A DNA stretch of 64,000 bases, from assembly GCF_009834535.1 (NCBI RefSeq), contig NC_045698.1:10294001-10358000 (forward strand), read 5' to 3'. Below, one piece after another: positions 59,175-64,000 of this stretch (positions are counted from its first letter, which is position 1; each line of letters begins with the position of its first letter). The notes under the pieces are model-generated. The model saw only the letters and a program-made list of their open reading frames with translations. It was not told where the DNA came from and ran no database searches. The position numbers and the translations under genes are program-made. The stretch is from Camelus ferus (lineage: Eukaryota).

Positions 59175-60126
59175 GTGAGTGGCTTTATCTCTGGGGACGT
59201 GGTCAGTGACTCTGGAAATCTAGATACTGTGCTGAAGTTTCATGACAAGAAGTAAAAGTTTCCAGTCGAATTGACCATAGATTCTGGTGATTCTGTTGAC
59301 ATCTGCAAGAACCCGCCAGGCTTGCTTCATGAGGACTGATAGTCCAGAGGCTATTTATTAACACAGATTCAACTTTAAGCTTGTACTTACCTGTTACAGA
59401 AGTACGAGGAGGAAAGCTGGAAGCTTTCTGTAGGAACCCTCACTTCTCTCAGGCCGTGTCATCAGCTGTGACATCAGTTACTTCTTAGGGCTAAAAGGAA
59501 GCGTCGCCCTCCAGGAGCTGCTGGCTGGTGCTTGGTCTTTTCCTAAAAAGAAGGAGGAAGGAACTGAGGACGGAACAGATGTGTAGTGTGACCAAAATAA
59601 AGTGCACTTTCCACTGGCCCTCGGAAGCACATGGTTTTATTTTTAAGATCAAAAACGACAAAATCCAGCAGCAGCAGAAGCTCCTGTAGGTGGAGTCTGT
59701 GCGGCCCGAGCAGCCTGAGGAAGGTGGTGTGGACCAGAGCTGGTGGGTCGTCCTTGCTCCCTGCCCCAGCCGGCAGGAGACACTAGCATCTAAGCGGCTT
59801 CTCTAGGATCCCTAAATTGTATCCTTAGCTGCTAAGCATAGCACTTCCCCAGAAGTAAACTGCTGGGGTAAACGTCTCTATTAGAAAGGGCTTAAAGGCT
59901 GACCTGGTTAACTGTTTGAAAGTCGCAATTACTTACCCTAGTTCAGAGCTACAGGTTTTGTAAAATTAAAATCTGGAGGGTATAGAGTTTTCACTGCACT
60001 TGATTAAAGTGATGGAATTTAGGAATTGCCTGAATTCTGGTATGCTTGGTCTAATTTCTGGCCTATCTCACTAGTAAAATGTTTTCAAACACCTTAATAA
60101 CATGATACTGTTTTTACTGTCTGTAG

Positions 60127-60196
60127 TATATTCCTGAAGGAGCTGGAGAAATACGAGCAGCTGCCGGAGGACGTTGGACACTGCTTTGTCACTTGG
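60127..60196 (+). CDS. TRIO: TRIO coding exon (~exon 26), DH1
   Basis: ctgtag|TATA...TGG|gtaatg; 70 nt, phase 2/0; [23 protein letters not shown]. Confidence 0.96.
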
Positions 60197-60738
60197 GTAA
60201 TGAAACCTCTCACTTGCCTCGTGGTTCCGAGGGAGGTTAGAAGGAGCACTGTTCATTCTCCGACATCAGCATTTTCTGCTGGTGTCTGTGTACTGAGAAG
60301 CAGACTCCCCGCCCCTCTTCAAAGAATTGCATTCTCCAGCTAGCTATTACTGCGGAGGGAGCTTTTTATTGGCAATAGTGATGGTTTGAAATAGAACGTT
60401 GGGTTAGGGTGCCAGGCCTCTGTGTGGCCCTGGGGATTCGCAGGTCACTGTGAGTGCACAGCCCTGCGCAGGGAGATTGTCCCGTTGGGAGGGAGGCAGG
60501 CAGGTGACCTGGTGAGCGGGCCCACATCTGTGTAAAGCACAGGTTTGCCTGCTTCACTGGGGCACTGGTGCTCAGGTGTGTCCTCCCAGCGGGATGTGTT
60601 TCTTATTTTAATAGCTTTCCTTATAAAATACGGCTTCTTTAATTTTGGATTTGAATCTCCTTCATACACACAACTGCTTTTCTGCATAAAAGTTTAACCA
60701 TAATTTGACTTATTGCCACTTGAAAGAGTTAATTCTAA

Positions 60739-60873
<135 letters not shown>

Positions 60874-62434
60874 TGAGATTTTCTAAGTTGCGTTTGGTAT
60901 ACATAAAACCCAGCATGACTCATAACTTTCTCCTGATTGATGGTATGATACCATTTTTATCTGTCACATTTATAATGAGATGTTCTTGTATTTTCTTCTG
61001 TTTTTTAAAAGATTCTTCTTAAGTACTGCAGGCTGTATATCTGTAAAAAAAATACAGATTTTAGTATTTACATGTGTGTATATATGTGATTACAATTTAT
61101 GTACAGCCACAAATTTTTTACATGTAATATCGTGCATATAAGTATAAGCTATTCAATTAAGCTTCTTCTCTCCTCTGTAAAACAAAGATAACTTTGAATC
61201 TTTTTTAATCTTTATTTTTCCCATTTCAATTTCATGATGCTATTAATTTCCAAAAACGGTCTACCAGTAAAACTGTACAGATAGCTCTGTAAAAACTAGG
61301 ACCACTGGGAGGTTCATTAATTATATTCTCATTGGTATGAACATAAATGTAGTTCATCTTTTTTTTCAAATGTTGCAGGGAGGTTTATTTAGTGCAAAAG
61401 GGGTTAGAGCCTTTTGATAATATATACAGAATGCTTTGGGAGTTTCCAGAATATAAGTCACATGTGTGCCAAATTCATTTTGATTTAAAGATAAGGTACT
61501 TTAAATGTTACATGTAATTTGGTGCATGAGGCTACGAGGGTATTAGACTTGCTTCCGTCTTTACCCTCGTACCTGGTCAGGTGTGGTTATCTGCTCTTTT
61601 CTGGGAGCCTGGAGGATCAGAATAGATTTCAGCTTCTGTCTTCGAGGTGGAGCCCCGCCCTTGGAGGCCCCTATTTTGGTTGTCATTCTCACGACCCATA
61701 GTTACACATCATGCCTCGGTGAATACGGAGCCTGCCCCTGCCCGGGGCGCCTTTTCGTTTCGGTATTTCACACGAGCCTGGTCTTTGCTGTGACATGGAG
61801 CCCAGCACCGAGGCTGCTGCAGGCAGAATTACTGATGGCCTGAGCGCTGAGGGCACATGGCATGTTTAATGCTGGGAATCAAAGTCATTTAAAAAAAAAA
61901 AACCCTGGTGCCCTGAGGAGGATGCCAAGACGGAGATACTGCAAATACAGTAGGTGGGTGTGGAAATGAGAGCAGACACGAGAGAGGAATTCCCCAGAGC
62001 GTGAACAAAAGGAGCCTCCGGTGCGGAGGGGCGGGATGCGGTCTGTGATGCGGGCACACGTGTGGCCGGAGCTGCGGGAGCTGCAGCGGGGGTCTGAGCG
62101 CCGGGCAGCGCGGTGGTGGCCCGTGGGGACGGCACCAGCCCATGGGGACGGCACCGGGAGCTGCTCTCTGCTCCTGAAGGCCCGCGATGCAGAGGAAACA
62201 CTGCTGTCTTCAGTGGTCAAAGTGATAACTTGACTGAGAGCTACTATTCTATGTCCAGCTTATTAAAAGAATCAATAGTGGTTTCTACTTTATATTTACA
62301 GGAAAAGTGGTATGTTTGTATTCATTATGGGGGTAAATAAGTGTAAGTGTTCAGTTCATGCTAACTTACACAGTGATTGTGTGTGGGTGTGTGTGTACGT
62401 GTATGTATACACACACATGTATAATTTTTTTTAA

Positions 62435-62572
<138 letters not shown>

Positions 62573-64000
62573 TGAATTGTGCACTACTGCTCTGACATTT
62601 TTTCTATTCAGTGCATTTGTTTTCCTGACCAGTTTCTCAGTGCATCAGGTAAATAAGACTGTGTTCCTTGATCGAGCACCTGAACTTCGCTGAATGACCC
62701 TAGTCTGCAACATAAAATGAGAAAGGAAAGGGAAATTATCAGTACCAGTTTTATTAGTACCAGTTTTCCCAGTATGGCTTGTGTCAAACTGACCTCTGCT
62801 TTTTTTTTTTTTTTTTTTTTGTATGAAAGATTATAATTAAAATCCCACTTGTAAAAATCAAAAAACAATTAGTCTTGACAATAGAATGGTAAAGAAAACT
62901 TAGAATTTGTGGTAAGAGTTGTTACAGAATTCATTATAGATAATTGATACACATCATCTAGACTAAAAGAAAAATAATTTACCACCTCTGTCTCATAATA
63001 GAAGTTTCCTTGGCTGGTGAACATCATTGAGCCTTAGAACGTACCCATCATCCATGCCTCCCTGTAACAATATTTCATGAACCCAGCTATGTCCCCAGTT
63101 CAATCCTAGCTCAACAGGAGGCGGTAATGTAATTTTGCTAGATAGAAATGAAATACAGAAGAAGTTATGAATGCCTGAAACCCTTCTTTACTCTTTTTGT
63201 TAATAAAAAAAATCTAGCAACAGTAAAAAGTGGCTGCATTCTCTTGTGAAGGGGGACCGTTATGGCATTCTTCTACTGGAAAGGCTCTCCAGCGCTCTGT
63301 GTCAGAATCCCGTGAAGTGACTTGATGGCCATCGCGGGAGAAGTATGTGGTTGCTGTAAACACAAAATAGAAGCCAGGAGGCTAAGTTGTTTATATGCAT
63401 GTTTGCCCTTTGCTTTCTAACTCTGCAAGGGCAGTTTATTGCTTAGTGTCCTCAAGATTGATGGGTTTGGTTTTTAGCATATGGTTCTACTAAAGATCTC
63501 TTCCTCAGTGACCTCACATCTAGTCATTCACTATTAAACCGCTGCTTTAATTTATAAACCTGACTTTATTCTGCCCAGGAGTTCTTCAGGAGAGCAGTAA
63601 TGAGCTATGTTGAGGACCCTAACGAGGAGGATTTTCTGCCAGTAAAATTAGTCTCAGTGCATTGCATTTTCAAAGCACTTTTTGCCAAGCTACTCACAAT
63701 AATAGGTCACACCATCTGGCCTTGAGAAAAGGTGCCCATCAGGTAGCTGCGTTGCTGTAAAGCATCCAGGGTGCAGCCAGAGCCACCTGCAGTGTGACAT
63801 CCTCTTGTTGGACACTGGGATACAAAAAGCTGTTGTTACTATTACAGATGAATAATAACCAGTAAGACACTGGTGCGAATCTATCTTGGAGCCCACCAGA
63901 ATGTGAATCTGTTGTCCCTGCTGTCACTTAGTTAATAACAGGCATTCATTTGTCTACGTAGATCTAAAATGTAAGTACACCCAGCGAGGTGTACTTAAAA

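Overview
Mammalian genomic DNA lying entirely inside one + strand gene, TRIO (triple functional domain Rho/Rac GEF). Eighteen coding exons between 8958 and 62533 splice into an uninterrupted 2457-nt, 819-codon frame. The frame covers the C-terminal spectrin repeats and most of the first DH (GEF1) domain, about residues 619-1437 and exons 11-28 of human TRIO (numbering inferred from recalled variant positions). Both ends of the gene lie outside the window. Introns contain L1, L2, CR1/L3, MIR, MaLR LTR and DNA-transposon relics, plus a young tRNA-derived SINE whose form suggests a camelid. Repeat family names come from recalled consensus sequences and need RepeatMasker confirmation. I found no evidence of a novel multi-gene system, and almost all ORF-track entries are chance ORFs. 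The best leads are: a candidate internal 'ATG|GTAAGT' first or poison exon in intron 20, a candidate in-frame 9-nt microexon in intron 19, a GC-AG intron, an L1 3' transduction with TSD, a 218-bp micro-inversion inside an old L1, two twin-priming L1 inversions, a CR1/L3 RT fossil and two strong CTCF motifs.
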